Part shown: positions 12,275-25,690 of the stretch, piece after piece
Position numbering within the stretch: the first letter of the stretch is position 1
How the letters are laid out: every line of letters begins with the position of its first letter
NCBI GenBank assembly: GCA_030704615.1
Contig: CM060731.1
Location: forward strand, 54,994,001 to 55,058,000
DNA from: Takakia lepidozioides
Taxonomy: Eukaryota > Plantae > Bryophyta
Reading direction: 5' to 3'
DNA length: 64,000 nucleotides
Position numbers and translations under genes: made by a program
The notes under the pieces: model-generated
Database searches by the model: none
The model's input: only the letters and a program-made list of their open reading frames with translations
Told to the model about the DNA's origin: nothing

Positions 12275-12730
12275 TAGAAAAATGGCGCCGAATTTCCTGT
12301 TTCCGGCCATGGGGCAGATGGCTAAGCCCCGGGGGTGGCTGGCACAGTTTGGAAATTCGGCGCCATTTTTCCAGTTCTGGGCCCAGTCAGTTCTGGGACT
12401 TAGCCATTTTCGGACCCTTCGGACCCTGTACTGGAAAAATGGCGCCATTTTTCCAGTATAGGGTCCGAAAATGGCTAAGTCCTTGGGGCGGATGGCACAT
12501 ATTCTGGAAATTCGGCGCCATTTTTCCAGTTCTGGGCCCAGTCATTTCTGGGACTTAGCCATTTTCGGACCCTGTACTGGAAAAATGGCGCCCTTTTTCC
12601 AGTACAGGGTCCGAAAATGGCTAAGTCCCTGGGGCGGATGGCACATATTCTGGAAATTCGGCGCCATTTTTCCAGTTCCGGGCCCAGTCAGATCTGGGAC
12701 TTAGCCATTTTCGGACCCAGTCTGGAAAAA
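12275..12730. repeat. ~150-bp tandem repeats containing ~80-bp palindromes
   Basis: 12550-12629 is an 80-bp palindrome with one mismatch; a related copy lies at ~12395-12482. Confidence 0.9.
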
Positions 12731-12764
12731 TGGATGTGATTCTGTCTGTGTTTTTTGAATGCAG

Positions 12765-13354
12765 GTACTGTAAGTTCTCCCTGTTGGAGAAAGGTCATCT
12801 GTCCTTCCAGCCGCCATTCTTCCTCGCATGGAGGAACCCTGGAGCTGACTCCATGTACACTGACGTTATCGTGAAGGAGTGGCATCTGGAGCATTTGCGC
12901 GACTACCCTTGGTATGTGGACCTTCCGCCCGGCTCGCTCGACTCATCCGAGTTCCAATTGAAGCTGGATGCGGAGGCCCGACCAAACCAAGCTCCGCTGG
13001 GTCCAAAGGAAGCGAAAGCGCTTGTCAAGTCCAGGAAAGCGGCAGAGCTTGCTTAGGCAGATATTCAGGAGAAATTGAATGAGAAGAATAAAGGACAAAT
13101 GAAAAGGACACGGAAACAGGGGAGTAAAGTAACCCCCAAAAAACAGAAAACCACCGGGGCACCAGAGGAGGCGCAGGAGGGGCCCCAAGGGAGTGACTCC
13201 GACGACGACTTTGTGCAAGGTCCTGCGACTGCTGCTGCTACTACCAAGTCACCGGTCGTCCGGGTTCGCTTTCTTGATGCTCTGGCTGCCAGGGCAAAGA
13301 AGGTGGCACACAACAAGTCTCTGGAGGAGCTGAAGGGGAAAGCCAAGAAGAGGG
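12765..13354 (+). pseudogene. Exon-like remnant of a second, oppositely oriented ORF in the MULE block (unknown function), truncated by the Gypsy LTR
   Basis: Candidate acceptor TGCAG at ~12764. ORFs 12730-13056 and 13075-13354 are in the same frame, split by one TAG; the C-terminal part is K/E-rich. Confidence 0.4.
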
Positions 13355-14288
13355 TGTTAGAGGGCTGCTTGGGACTTAGATGCTTTTACGGGATCTGTGG
13401 GGTACCCTTAATTTTTACACAGACTGAGACCAACAGGAGCCTTAGGGGTGACAGCAACAGGCTTTAGGGGGGGAGAAACACAGCCCAACACAGCCCAACA
13501 CAGCCGCCACAGCTTCGCACAGCCCTACACAGCTCGACACAACCCGACACAGCCCGACACAGTCGCACAGCCAGTCACAACCCGTCACAGTTTCACACAG
13601 CCAGTCACAGCTTGACACAGCTGTCACGACCATAGGGAACGGATAGTAGGACAAGGAACGACTGTGGGGAACAACATCTGCGAATGGAACATGTTAGTTC
13701 ACGGATGACGGTTAGTGAGGGAAATGGTTAGAACAACGGGTAGGAAGATAAAGCCAGGAGCGAGGACTGGAAAATCATCACTTCTGGGGAGGGATCACTT
13801 CTTGGAGGACTTCTGGCATCACTAGGGGGAAATGAAGCGAAGAGCGCATCTCTGAGCAGAAAGAGGGAGAGAACGGAGTAGGAGGAGAACGATCTGTTGA
13901 TGCTTGATGAATGCAAGCAGTAGAGTTGTAATGTAGAGCAGATTAGAGACTCCATGGCTTCAGCCTGATACTTGATAGATATTAATCTAATACATACTTC
14001 ATACTCACACTGTGTAGAGAGATCTAAGTGAAGCTGTGGAATGAATGGATGAGTTGATGGAATCCGATAGAATACTGAAGCAATCTGATACTTAAATACC
14101 AACAGTAAGGTAACTAGCTAACATGAATACGGGAAGGAATACAAATAGGAAACACCCCCATGATACACTAGCTGTAGGTCATGACTGATTGTTCTGAGCG
14201 GGCTGAGAGCTTAGAGCTTTCCAACTCTTCTATCTTGGAGTTCCCACCTCGGATAGCAAAGGGATGGGTGAGTAAAAGCCGCGCGACA
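13355..14288 (+). mobile_element. 5' LTR (~934 bp) of Ty3/Gypsy copy 1
   Basis: TGTTAGAGG...GCCGCGCGACA termini; homologous to LTRs at 24756-25690 and 27519-28575; followed directly by a PBS. Confidence 0.9.
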
Positions 14289-17200
14289 TTTGGCGACCAT
14301 ACTGGGGAACTGGGTCATGAACAACCAGATGTGACAGGCATCTGGTGGGATCATGGTGGATGGAGAATTAAAGAATTTGATGTGAATCAAATTCCCTGTG
14401 AAACTGAGAAGGAAAGATTGTCCAAACGATTCTTTCAGAGATTCTTGGAATTGCCAGACGGTTGTAAGGAAAACATTCTTAAGAGAGTGCATGATGCTGA
14501 CCCTAAGTGGGGTCTGGAGAAAGGAGTGATAAAGATTTATCAGGTGGCCTGTAGAGGAAGAGCACGTTGGTTACCAACACTAGTTTATGTGATAGCATTG
14601 CTATCCATTAAGCGAGTAGAGTTTGAAGGCTGGGAAGAAAGAAAGGTGAATGTTTATACTCATATGCATGAAGAGCTTGTACTGGTAATTGGATTCCAAA
14701 TGATATTCTGTGGATCAAACTCAAACCAAGAACAGCTTTCCAGACTTGTTTGCCATATGGTTATATGGTAACAGAGACTTCTAGTATAGCCAAGGGTGCA
14801 TTGAAGCTTGAAAGAAACCCAGGCATATACGAGAGATATTACAGAAGAGAGTTTTGGTTATTGCCACATTAAAAGAAATGAAAGACATGGGACATGAGTG
14901 ATGAAAGAGAAGCTAGACGACAGAGATATTCAGCAAAAAGAGAAAGCTATCTGAAAGCTAATTATCCATATCTTTGGGAGAGAGGAATAGACATAGGGGA
15001 ATCATCTGGACCTCTCACACCATTAAGATCAGAGAGTACATCACCCATACCGGAAGAACTAGAGTTGGATGCCACTCCTTCTTTTTCTTTACAAGAAAGA
15101 TTAAGGGAATTGGTACGAGAAGAAGATCAATCACGAGGTGAAAGATCTGAGGTACATCCCTGGATAAAAGATTTGACAGAAATCTTTGATAAGAGTTGGC
15201 ATGGAACACCAAAAGCAGGAACTCCAGTTTCTGAAGTGGAAGGTGAAGAAGGAGGAGAGAATATGGCAGAACCAACGGAGAGTTCAGACTCTCCAACACC
15301 ATTGCAGTTGAGTTACATGAGTGAAGAAGAAACCCAAGGGCAGAACTTGGAGGATGAAATAGAGAGAAGAAATTGGAAGAGGAAGAGTATGAAGAAGTAG
15401 ACCCAACAGCTGAGGTTGAGACTACAACCAGGACATCCCAACCCGTTGGACCTGGATCAAGTGGAGCACTTGGATCACAGGCCAACGAAGGTGTCGGCTC
15501 AGGGGGATCAGGCGGGCTGCCTGGATCTGGCTCTGGGGGGACAGGGAGTGTGGGAAGTAGTGCAACTAAAGCTGGGAATACTGTGAATATCGTGGGGGCA
15601 GTAGCAGGGAGTGCTCAGGGGCCACCACTTGGTGGAAGATCCACCACAACTACAACAGGTCCTCAAGGACCAGCACCAGCAAGGGTGCCAGCACCTGTCA
15701 GTGGGCAGAAGGTAGGGCCACAGATGGCGTTACAACCAACACGGGCAAAACCACCTTTTCCGATATATTCAGGAAAAGGGGATCCCGATGTACACATTAG
15801 CCAATTTGAGCACATGTGTATAGTGAACAATGAGAATGGCGATGATGCCAAGATGAGATTGTTTCCTTGTTCACTTATCAAGAAAGCAAGTGAATGGTAT
15901 GCAAGATTCCCTGATAATCATTTCCTAACCTGGAATGGCTTGAATACAACATTCCGAAATAGGTTCAGGACAAGTAAAACTGAGGATGAAGTGTATAGAA
16001 GTTTACAACAGTTAAAGCAAAAGAAGCATGAAACTGTTGAGGAGTATATAGAAAAGATGGAATTGATGATGAAAAAGCTGGTTGTTGTACCAGCACCAGG
16101 TTTACAGAAGACTTGGTTTGTGAGTGGATTAAGACCAGAGTTGCAGAAGAAATTGGATATGTTACCCCATAATACAGTGGAGGAGGCATTTGAAACAGCA
16201 AACAGAATTGAGCAATTGGGAATGCTCAGGAGAGAGAAAGGATGATGAGGACTCTGAGGATGAGTCAGATGAAGAAGAAGAGCAAGAACTGAAAAGAAGA
16301 AGAGTAGAGAAAGGAGAAGTTGAAGAGGGATAACTATGAGAAAAGATTAGAAGAAATCTTGAAGAAGTATGCCACAGAGGCTGCAACACATTGGAGGAAG
16401 GGTGTTTGGTGTGCAAAGTGCCAGAATGAAGGCCATACCACCACTGAATGCCACATAAAGGAGAAACACTGTACTATCTATAAGATGGATAACCATTCTA
16501 CAGGCTGTATCAAGCAATCAATCGAATTGCCAGGAGACAGGAAACACAGACCTGAACAGCAAGGTGACCAGTTATAATGTGAAGCCGGAAGGGCGAGAAA
16601 CAGTCATGGACTTTGATGATTCTATGCCAGTAATCCAATTGAGAATTGGAAGCACAGAACTAACTGATGTACTGATAGATGGAGGCTCTGGAGTAAATAT
16701 CATGACAGACCAATTAAGGAAGAAGCTTGGTCTAAGTAACATGAAACCAGCCCCATTTATAGTAACAATGGCAGATCAAAGAAGTGTACAGCCATTGGGA
16801 TTGATAAGAGGAGTTAAGATACAGATACAGAAGATGATCTTTATGATCACAGTAACTGTGTTGAAGATGGATGAAGTCATGGAGGCTTACTCCTTATTAT
16901 TGGGACGTCCGTGGCTGAAATAGGCCAGGGTATTCCATGACTAGAATTCTCAGTTATTAACTGTGCGTAATGGGATGCACAAGATACAAATTACCACAAA
17001 GAAATCTAGTAGATTACTGCTACGAGAAGACCTCAAGGGGTCAGAGAGTATGACTGGAGGGGAGGACTGGATGAGGAGCAGGAAGCTACCCTGTTTGCTG
17101 CACACCCAGAGTGGGAGCAGGTTGTAGAGATGCGGCTGGAAGGCCTAAGTTGTTTAAGAGGTATCTGCTGTGGTGTAGTGTCAGCAACACCAATTGAAGA

Positions 17201-20200
17201 GGAAACCAGCAGTACCCATCACATTTCTATGAAGAAGAGAAGGAGAAATGGAAATCCTAGAGGAACCAGCCACTGTGAGTTTACAGGATGAAGTGGTGAC
17301 TGGCTGGACAATCACAGCTGATGAGCAGGTGAGGGAAGTGAATGTGGGAACTGAAGAGGAACCGAGGATGGTGAAGGTAGGAGCTGATATGGAGCCAGAA
17401 TTCTTTGAAGAAGCTAAGAGTCTGTTCATCAAATACAGAGATGTATTTGCTTGGAGCTATGAGGATCTGAAAGGGATACCACCTGAGATCTGTCAACATA
17501 AAATTGAACTGGAACCAGGTTCAGTACCAATCAAACAAGCAAATACAGAATGAATCCAACTATGCACAGAAGGTTGAGAAGGGAAGAGATCAAGAAGTTG
17601 GCTGGATGAGGCTAAGCTTATATACCCAAAAAAGAGTATACCAATTTGGTTGTCACCCATTGTGATAGTCCCAAGAAGAATGGTAAACTAAGAGTTTGTG
17701 TGAACTATAAGAAGTTGAATGCTTGCACGAAGAAGGATCCATTCCCCTTGACATTCACAGAAGCAGTATCGGACACTGTGGCAGGCCATGAGATGTACTC
17801 ATTCATGGATGGCTTCAGTGGTTATAATCAAGTGCAAGTGGTGTAGAAGAAAGACCAGGGAAAGCACAACTTTATTACAGACTGGGGTGCTTATGCATAC
17901 AAAGTCATGCCCTTTGGACTTTGTAATGCACCAGCAACCTTTCAGAGAGTGATAAGTGAAATCTTTCATGAGTATCTGGATGATTCATGCAAGTGTTTTG
18001 GATGATTTCAGTTGTGTACAGCTCTAAGAGTGAGCATTGCATAATTGGAGTATGTCTGGCCAGCTGCAGGATGAGAGGTCTGGGGGCCTAAATCCAGAGA
18101 AGTGTACTTTCTGTGTGAACTCAGGGGTGCTTCTGGGACACATTGTGTGTAAAGGGGGACTTCTTGTGGATCCCAGGAAGACAGAGGCCATTAAAGCCTC
18201 TCCACCACCAGTGAATGTTAGAGTCTAAGGAGATTCCTTAGGCAAACCAGTTATTACAGAGATTTGTCAGACGGTTTTATGCACAGATAGCAGCACCATT
18301 GAGCAAACTTCTGAAAGAAAGAAGCAGATTTGCATAGACACCTGAATATCAACAGGACTTTTAAGGAAAATTACATTGTCAGTAACAACTACACCTGTGC
18401 TGATTAATCCTCACTGGCAGGAAATATTCATGTTCACTGTGAGGTGATGCTTCTGGAGAAGCACTAGGTAGAGTGGTATGTTACGGTCTGTTAGTGTTAG
18501 CCAAAATGTTTACAGGAAGGATAGATTCACATATGTACTATGCTAAGCCGATTGATGAACAATGCCAAAAAGAAATATAGCACAACGGAAAAAAGAGAAA
18601 AGGAAGCATTGGCAATGATATAGCAGTGAAGAAATTCAGGCATACATGTTGGGCAGAAGTTTATGTTCTATGTGGATCACCAGGCTCTGATATACCGTGT
18701 AAACAAAACCTCTGATAAGCGGAAGAATAGAATCAAGATGGTTGATAATCTTGCACGAATTTGAGTTCGAGGTTGTTTTACAAGCCTGGGGAGGTGCATC
18801 TTGTGGCGGATCACTTGTCACGTTTATCAACAGGAGAACCAGCCATGGGAGTAGATGATCAATTACCAGAGGCGCGTTATTTGCAGTGGAGGTGCACAGG
18901 AAAGTAGTGCCAGATGGAATGTTTGATTGCAGTGGCCAATCAGATACTACCTTGCTCATGGTCAGTGCCCACCAAGTTATGAAAGGAGCAGAGAAGAGAA
19001 AGAAATTGCTATCAAGGCTTTACCTTACACTATGGTAGGGAGCCAGAATGTATAAGCTAGGACCAGATGGAGTGCTGAAGCGATGCTTATACCACCATTG
19101 AAGTTAATAAGTTTTTGGGAGGAAGTCATAAAGGAGTGGCAGGAGGTCATTTGGAGAAGAGACTACCAGTAGGAAGATACTACATGCAGGTTACTGGTGG
19201 CCTACTTGTTCAAAGATGTACACAAGTATTGTAAGAGTTGTGATGAATGTCAGAGGCTAGGACCTTTGCAGAGATCTGGGAAGATGGCTTTGCATCCTAC
19301 AATGCCTACGGAACCATTTCAGAAATGGAGGACTAGATTTGTTGGACCAATTAACCCACCAGCCAAGAATACACAGAACAGGTACATAATTACAGCCACT
19401 GATTATACTACGAAGTGGGTGGAAGCTAAAAGCTTTGGGGACAACACAGCCAAGTCCACAACAAGGTTCCTGTATGAGAACATACTTACACGATTTGGCT
19501 GTCCCTCGGAATTATTAGTGATCAGGGTTAGTCACTTCATTAATGAGACCATTGAATTATTGAATTTAAAGAGTTCATGATGTGCATAGGAAGAGTAACA
19601 ACATATTACCCACAGGGTTAATGGGCAGGCAGAGGCTACCAACAAAATACTATGTACTCTCTTGGCTAAGATAGTCAATGCAAACAGACGGATGGGAGGA
19701 TACAAAGCTGATGACAGCTTTGTGGTCATACAGGACTTCATATAAAGTCACCACTAAGTATTACACCATTCCCAATTAGTTTATGGTATGGAAGCTTTAC
19801 TTCCAGTGGAATCCTGTTACCTACCAGAGAACGGAATGGGAAAGAGAATGGAATTGCAAGATTCAATTAAAGTCAGGAAACATGAATTATACCATGTGAA
19901 GAAAGAAGTACGTGCTGAGGCAGCGATAATATGACCAGAATTCAGCTGAAGAGAAAGGAACAGTTTGTGAAGCAAGAAAGATAAAGACTTTTAAGACGGG
20001 AGATGGTTCTCTGGTTGCAGAAGAAGGGAAAAGATTAAAGCTTCTAAGCTTAAATCACCATGGAAAGCGACATTATGTCATACAGAAGATGTATGATAAA
20101 CAACACCGCCATGTTACAAACCATTAACAAGAGATGCTGGGAAAGAGTCAATGCAATAGTTGACAGGGGTACAGTGGTATCCATGAACAAACCATTGCAG

Positions 20201-20330
20201 CATGATTTGCATGTTGAAACGCAAAAAGCAGTCACGGGCTGCGCCAGTGATACCAACATAGTATGGAGCACTTGTTTGCTAGGATGAGCATATATGACCA
20301 GGGCGGGCAAGTAAAGTACAAGAGACACAG
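14289..20330 (+). mobile_element. Ty3/Gypsy copy 1 internal region: extra 5' ORF, gag, protease, RT, RNase H, integrase (degenerate); non-chromovirus, Athila/Phygy-like
   Basis: Gag YSGKGDPDVHISQF...FPCSL...WY, CCHC knuckle CAKCQNEGHTTTEC, protease LIDGGSGVNIM, RT KKNGKLRVCVNY and YSFMDGFSGYNQ, RNase H end ADHLSRL, integrase CKSCDECQR...DYTTKWVEA. Order PR-RT-RH-INT; no chromodomain seen. Confidence 0.9.
14291..14307 (+). promoter_or_regulatory. Primer-binding site TGGCGACCATACTGGGG (probably tRNA-Arg type)
   Basis: Begins TGG two nt after the LTR end; a near-identical motif lies at ~24738-24753 on the minus strand. Confidence 0.7.
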
Positions 20331-20379
20331 CCTATCACAACCTATCACAGCCCAGCACGGCGCAACACAGCCTATACAG

Positions 20380-20700
20380 TGTTTTAGAGGACTGTAGGGG
20401 AATTAGACACTTATACGGGATCTGTAGGGTACCTTAATTTTGCACAGACTGAGACAAACAGGAAACTTAGGGGTGACAGCAGCGCACTGTAGAGGGGGGT
20501 ACATAGCCACACAGCCGACACAGCAGTCACAGCCCACACAGCCGTCACAGCCCACACAGCCAACACAACCCGCCACAGTCGTCACAGCCCACACAGCCGT
20601 CACAGCCCACACAGCCACACAAGCCGTCACAGTCGTCACAGCCCACCACAGCTCACACACAGCCGTCACAGCCCACACAGCCCGTCACAGTCGTCCAGCC
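20380..20700 (+). mobile_element. Partial LTR of the same Gypsy family
   Basis: Starts TGTTTTAGAGGACTG...CGGGATCTGTAGGGGTACC, followed by CACAGCC repeats; truncated at ~20700. Confidence 0.8.
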
Positions 20701-20875
20701 CCAACGGGGGCTGCTATTCATGAGCCATGAGCCATGAGCGGCATGAGCCATGAGCAGAGTCGTAAGTGTGGAAAAAAAAACTGAGCAGAATATTTTCCGG
20801 AATTGGGAAATGAGTGTCGGGGAATAGGGTTAGGGTGCCACGGTCATAGGGGGAGAAGGACCTCCCGATGAAGGA

Positions 20876-21375
20876 NNNNNNNNNNNNNNNNNNNNNNNNN
20901 NNNNNNNNNNNNNNNNNNNNNNNNNNNNNNNNNNNNNNNNNNNNNNNNNNNNNNNNNNNNNNNNNNNNNNNNNNNNNNNNNNNNNNNNNNNNNNNNNNNN
21001 NNNNNNNNNNNNNNNNNNNNNNNNNNNNNNNNNNNNNNNNNNNNNNNNNNNNNNNNNNNNNNNNNNNNNNNNNNNNNNNNNNNNNNNNNNNNNNNNNNNN
21101 NNNNNNNNNNNNNNNNNNNNNNNNNNNNNNNNNNNNNNNNNNNNNNNNNNNNNNNNNNNNNNNNNNNNNNNNNNNNNNNNNNNNNNNNNNNNNNNNNNNN
21201 NNNNNNNNNNNNNNNNNNNNNNNNNNNNNNNNNNNNNNNNNNNNNNNNNNNNNNNNNNNNNNNNNNNNNNNNNNNNNNNNNNNNNNNNNNNNNNNNNNNN
21301 NNNNNNNNNNNNNNNNNNNNNNNNNNNNNNNNNNNNNNNNNNNNNNNNNNNNNNNNNNNNNNNNNNNNNNNNNNN
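20876..21375. other. Assembly gap (500 N)
   Basis: Run of N. Confidence 1.
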
Positions 21376-24300
21376 CATGACTTCATCCATTTTCAACATA
21401 GTTACTGTGTTCATAAAGATCATCTTTCTGTATCTGTATCTTAACTCCTCTTATTAATCCCAATGGCTGTACACTTCTTTGATCTGCCATTGTTACTGTA
21501 AATGGGGCTGGTTTCATGTTACTTAACCAAGCTTCTTTCTTAATTGGTCTGTCATGATATTTACTCCAGAACCTCCATCTATCAGTACATCAGTTAGTTC
21601 TGTTCTGTGCTTCCAATTCTCAATTGGATTACTGGCATAGAATCATCAAAGTCCATGACTGTTTCTCGCCCTTCCGGCTTCACATTATAACTGGTCACCT
21701 TGCTGTTCAGGTCTGTTTTTCCTGTCCTCCTGGGCAATTCGATCGATTGCCTTGTGATACAGCCTGTGCCTACAATAAGGTGCCATAGCTAATAGCTGTC
21801 CAATGGTAATTTCTGCTTTGGTCTGGCATATTACTTCATCTCCAAAGTCTCTTCATACTTTTCATGTCCGCATCTTCTTTTTTCCTTTCCTCCTCCCTTC
21901 TTCTTCTTCTTCATCCGAATCAGAGGAATCTGCCACAGGAATATCCGTACTCTTTGCATTTCCCTTTAAGTATCTGCCACTTCCTTGTGCAGTTCCTTCT
22001 CATCTTTCCAAGTCTCTTCATCTTCAGGCATATCATTGCCACTTCCAGTCTCATCTTCTTCCTCTTCTACTGGAGGTATTAGTTTGGCTTTACTTCTTGT
22101 TACTACTCATTGTACTTACTTCTGTACAACACATGGCCTAACCATGTGAGCTGCCACCACTGGGCCCTCATTCACAGGAGCTCTCATCTCATTCTGGTGT
22201 CTTATCCAGAATGAACAGGCTGCCTTGCGATGTCCTGGCTGATTACGATAGTAACATAGCTCTTCACCATTGGGTCCTCGCCCTTGGTCTGGTCTTGGAT
22301 TATTTCTATAATCCTGATTCCCGGGCTGGTAATTCCCCCTTGGATTACCCTGATAGTTGCCTCTGGAATTTCCTTGGTAATTCCTCTTGAAATTACCTCT
22401 CCCTTCCATGCCATTGTTATAACCACCAGACCTACCATAGTGGTCCTGATCATTGTTTCTTCTTGGCTGGGGCTGCACCTGATGCACCCTTACTTGCCTA
22501 GGTTCTCTTGCAGCTGTCCTTCTGTTGTAGTAACAATTCTCAGTAGAATGGTTATCCATTTTACAGATAGTACAGTGTTTCTCCTCTTCATGTGTGTCAT
22601 TTTGTGGTGGTATGGCCTTCATTTTGGCACTTTGCACACCATACACCCTTCCTCCAATGTGTTGCAGCCTCTGTGGCATACTTTTTCAAGATTTCTTCCA
22701 ATCTTTTTTCATAGTTATCCCTCTTCAACTTCTCCTTTCTCTTACTCTTCCTTTTTAGTTCTTGCTCTTCTTCTTCATCTGCTCCTCCTCAGAGTCCTCA
22801 TCATCCCTTTCTCTCTCCTGAGCATTCCCAATTGCTCAATTCTGTTTGCAGTTTCAAATGCCTCCTCCACTGTATTATGGGGTAACATATCCACTTTCTT
22901 TTGCAACTCTGGTCTTAGTTCTACTCACAAACCAAGTCTTCTGTAAACCGGGTGCTGGTACTGCAGCCACTTTTTCATCATCAATTCCATCTTTTCCATA
23001 TTACTCCTCCAACAGTTTCATGCTTCTTTTGCTTTAACTGTTGTAAACTTCCATACACTTCATCCTCAATTTTACTTGTCTTGAACCTATTTCGGAATGT
23101 TGTATTCAAGCCATTCCAGGTTAGGAAATGATTATCAAGGAATCTTGCATACCATTCACTTGCTTTCTTTATAAGTGAACAAGGAAACAATCTCATCTTG
23201 GCATCATCGCCATTCTCATTGTTCACTATACACATGTGCTCAATTGGCTAATGTGTACATCGGGATCCCCTTTTCCTGAATATATTGGAAAAGGTGGTTT
23301 TGCCCGTGTTGGTGTAACGCCATCTGTGGCCCTACCTTCTGCCCACTGACAGGTGCTGGCACCCTTGCTGGTGCTGGTCCTTCTGAACCTGTTGTTTTGT
23401 GGTGGATCTTCCACCAAGTGGTGGCCCTTGAGCACTCCCTGCTTCCGGCCCCGCGATATTCACAGTATTCCCAGCTTCAGTTGCACTACTTCCCACACTC
23501 CCTGTCCCCCCAGAGCAAGATCCAAGCAGCCCGCCTGATCCCCCTGAGCCGACACCTTCGTTGCTCTGTGATCCAAGTGCTCCACTTGATCCAGGTCCAA
23601 CGGGTTGGGATGTCCTGGTTGTAGTCTCAACCTCAGCTGTTGGGTCTACTTCTTCATATTCTTCCTCTTCAATTTCTTCTCTCTGTTTTCATCCTCCAAG
23701 TTCTGCCCTTGGGTTTCTTCTTCACTCATGTAACTCAACTGCAATGTGTTGGAGAGTCTGAACTCTCCGTCGGCTCTGCCACATCCTCTCCTCCTCCTTC
23801 ACCTTCCGCTCAGAAATTGGAGTTCCTGCTTTCGGTGTTCCATGCCAACTCTTATCAAAGATTTCTGTCAAATCTTTTATCCAGGGATGTACCTCAGATC
23901 TTTCACCTCGTGATTGATCTTCTTCCCATACCAATTCCCTTAATCTTTCTCGCAAAGAAACAGAAGGAGTGTCATCCAACTCTAGTTCTTCTGGTATGGG
24001 TGATGTACTCTTTGATCTTAATGGCGTGAGAGGTCCAGATGATTCCCCTATGTCTATTCCTCTCTCCAAAGATATGGATAATTAGCTTTCAGATAGCTTT
24101 CTCTTTTGCTGAATATCTCTGGCGTCTAGCTTCTCTTTCATCACTCATGTCCCATGTCTTTCATTTCTTTTTAATGTGGCAATAACCAAAACTCTCTTCT
24201 ATAATATCTCTCGTATATGCCTGGGTTTCTTTCAAGCTTCAATGCACCCTTGGCTATACTTGAAGTCTCCGTTACCATATAACCATATGGCAAACAAGTC

Positions 24301-25690
24301 TGGAAAGCTGTTCTTGGTGTGAGTTTGATCCACAAAATATCCTTTGGAATCCAATTCTTTACCAGTACAAGCTCTTCATGCATATGAGTATAAAACATTC
24401 ACTTTCTTTCTCCCAGCCTTCAAACTCTACTCGCTTAATGGATAGCAATGCTATCACATATACCAATGTTGGTAACCAACGTGCTCTTCCTCTACAGGGC
24501 ACCTGATAAATCTTTATCACTCCTTTCTCCAGACCCCACTCTGGTCAGCATCATGCACTCTCTTAAGAATGTTTCTTTACAACCGTCGGCAATTCCAAAA
24601 ACCTCTGGAAGAATCGTTGGACAATCTTTCCTTCTCAGTTTCACAAGGAATTTGATTCACATCAAATTCTTTAATTCTCCATCCACCATGATCCCACCAG
24701 ATGCCTGTCACATCTGGTTGTTTTCATGACCCAGATCCCTAGTATGGTCGCCAAATGTCGCGCGGCTTTTACTCACCCATCCCTTCGCTATCCGAGGCGG
24801 AAACTCCAAGATAGAAGAGTTGGAAATCTCTAAGTACTCAGCCGCTCAGAACAATCAGTCATGACCTACAGCTAGTGTATCATGGGGGTGTTTCCTATTT
24901 GTTTCCCTTTCCGCATTCATGTTAGCTACCTTACCATTGATAATTAAGTATCAGTTTGCTTCATCAATTTATCGGATTCCTTCAACTCATCCATTCATTC
25001 CACAGCTTCACTCAGATCTCTCTACACAGTGTGATTGTATCGTATAAGTATCAGATTATGATTTATCAGGTATCAGGCCGAAGCCATTGTGTCTCTAATC
25101 TCCTCTACAATATCACTACAGCTTTGCATATAACAAGCATCTACTAATCATCTCTCCTCCTTCACCGTGCTCTCTATGCTTGCTTCCGTTCTTGCTCTCC
25201 GCCCGATCCCCCTCTCATCCATGACCAGAAGTCCTCCCCCTGGAGTGCTTCCAAGAATAATCCCCCTTCTCAGTCCTTGCTTCTCCCTTTATCTTCCTAC
25301 CCGTGGCTCTAACCGTTTCCCTCACTAACCGTCGTCCGTGAACTAACATGTTCCATTTGCAGGTGTTGTTCCCCACAGTCATTCCCTGTCCTGCTCTCCG
25401 TTCCCTATGGTCGTGACAGCTGTGTCAAGCTGTGACTGGCTGTGTGAAACTGTGACGGGCTGTGACTGGCTGTGCGACTGTGTTTGGCTGTGTCGACTGC
25501 AACGGGCTTTGTTGGCTGTGTCGGCTGTGACGACTGTGATGGGCTGTGTTGGTTGTGACGGACTGTGTAACCCCCCTCTACAGTACGCTGCTGTCACCCC
25601 TAAGGTTCATGTTGGTCTCAGTTTGTGCAAAAATTAAGGGTACCCTACAGATCCCGTATAAGTGTCTAAGTCCCAGACAGTCCTCTAACA
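21376..25690 (-). mobile_element. Ty3/Gypsy copy 2: 5' LTR (25690-24756), PBS, extra 5' ORF, gag and protease, running into the gap
   Basis: Reverse-complement homology to 13355-16900; gag fragments 22981-23235 and 22116-22679 include two zinc knuckles. Confidence 0.9.

Larger units (their letters stand above)
7720..13354. mobile_element. Mutator-like (MULE) DNA transposon, partial; right side interrupted by a Gypsy LTR
   Basis: GC-rich block with a DDE transposase, CATGAGC(G) repeats at the left edge and the motif GGCGCCGAATTTCC dispersed throughout. True termini and TSD were not established. Confidence 0.65.

Noticed and set aside
17550-20330. Extreme decay of Gypsy pol in copy 1 as a biological signal
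   Set aside because: Small indels become denser toward the contig end at the N gap, which is consistent with low consensus quality. The apparent lack of the 3' ORF and PPT here is also unreliable.
20825-20835. Telomere-like TAGGGTTAGGG
   Set aside because: Only two units, which is expected by chance.
20830-21423. ORFs of X residues
   Set aside because: Artefacts of the N run.
13355-25690. Giant inverted repeat formed by Gypsy copies 1 and 2
   Set aside because: The copies differ in sequence and deletions and are joined across an assembly gap, so their orientation and spacing are uncertain.
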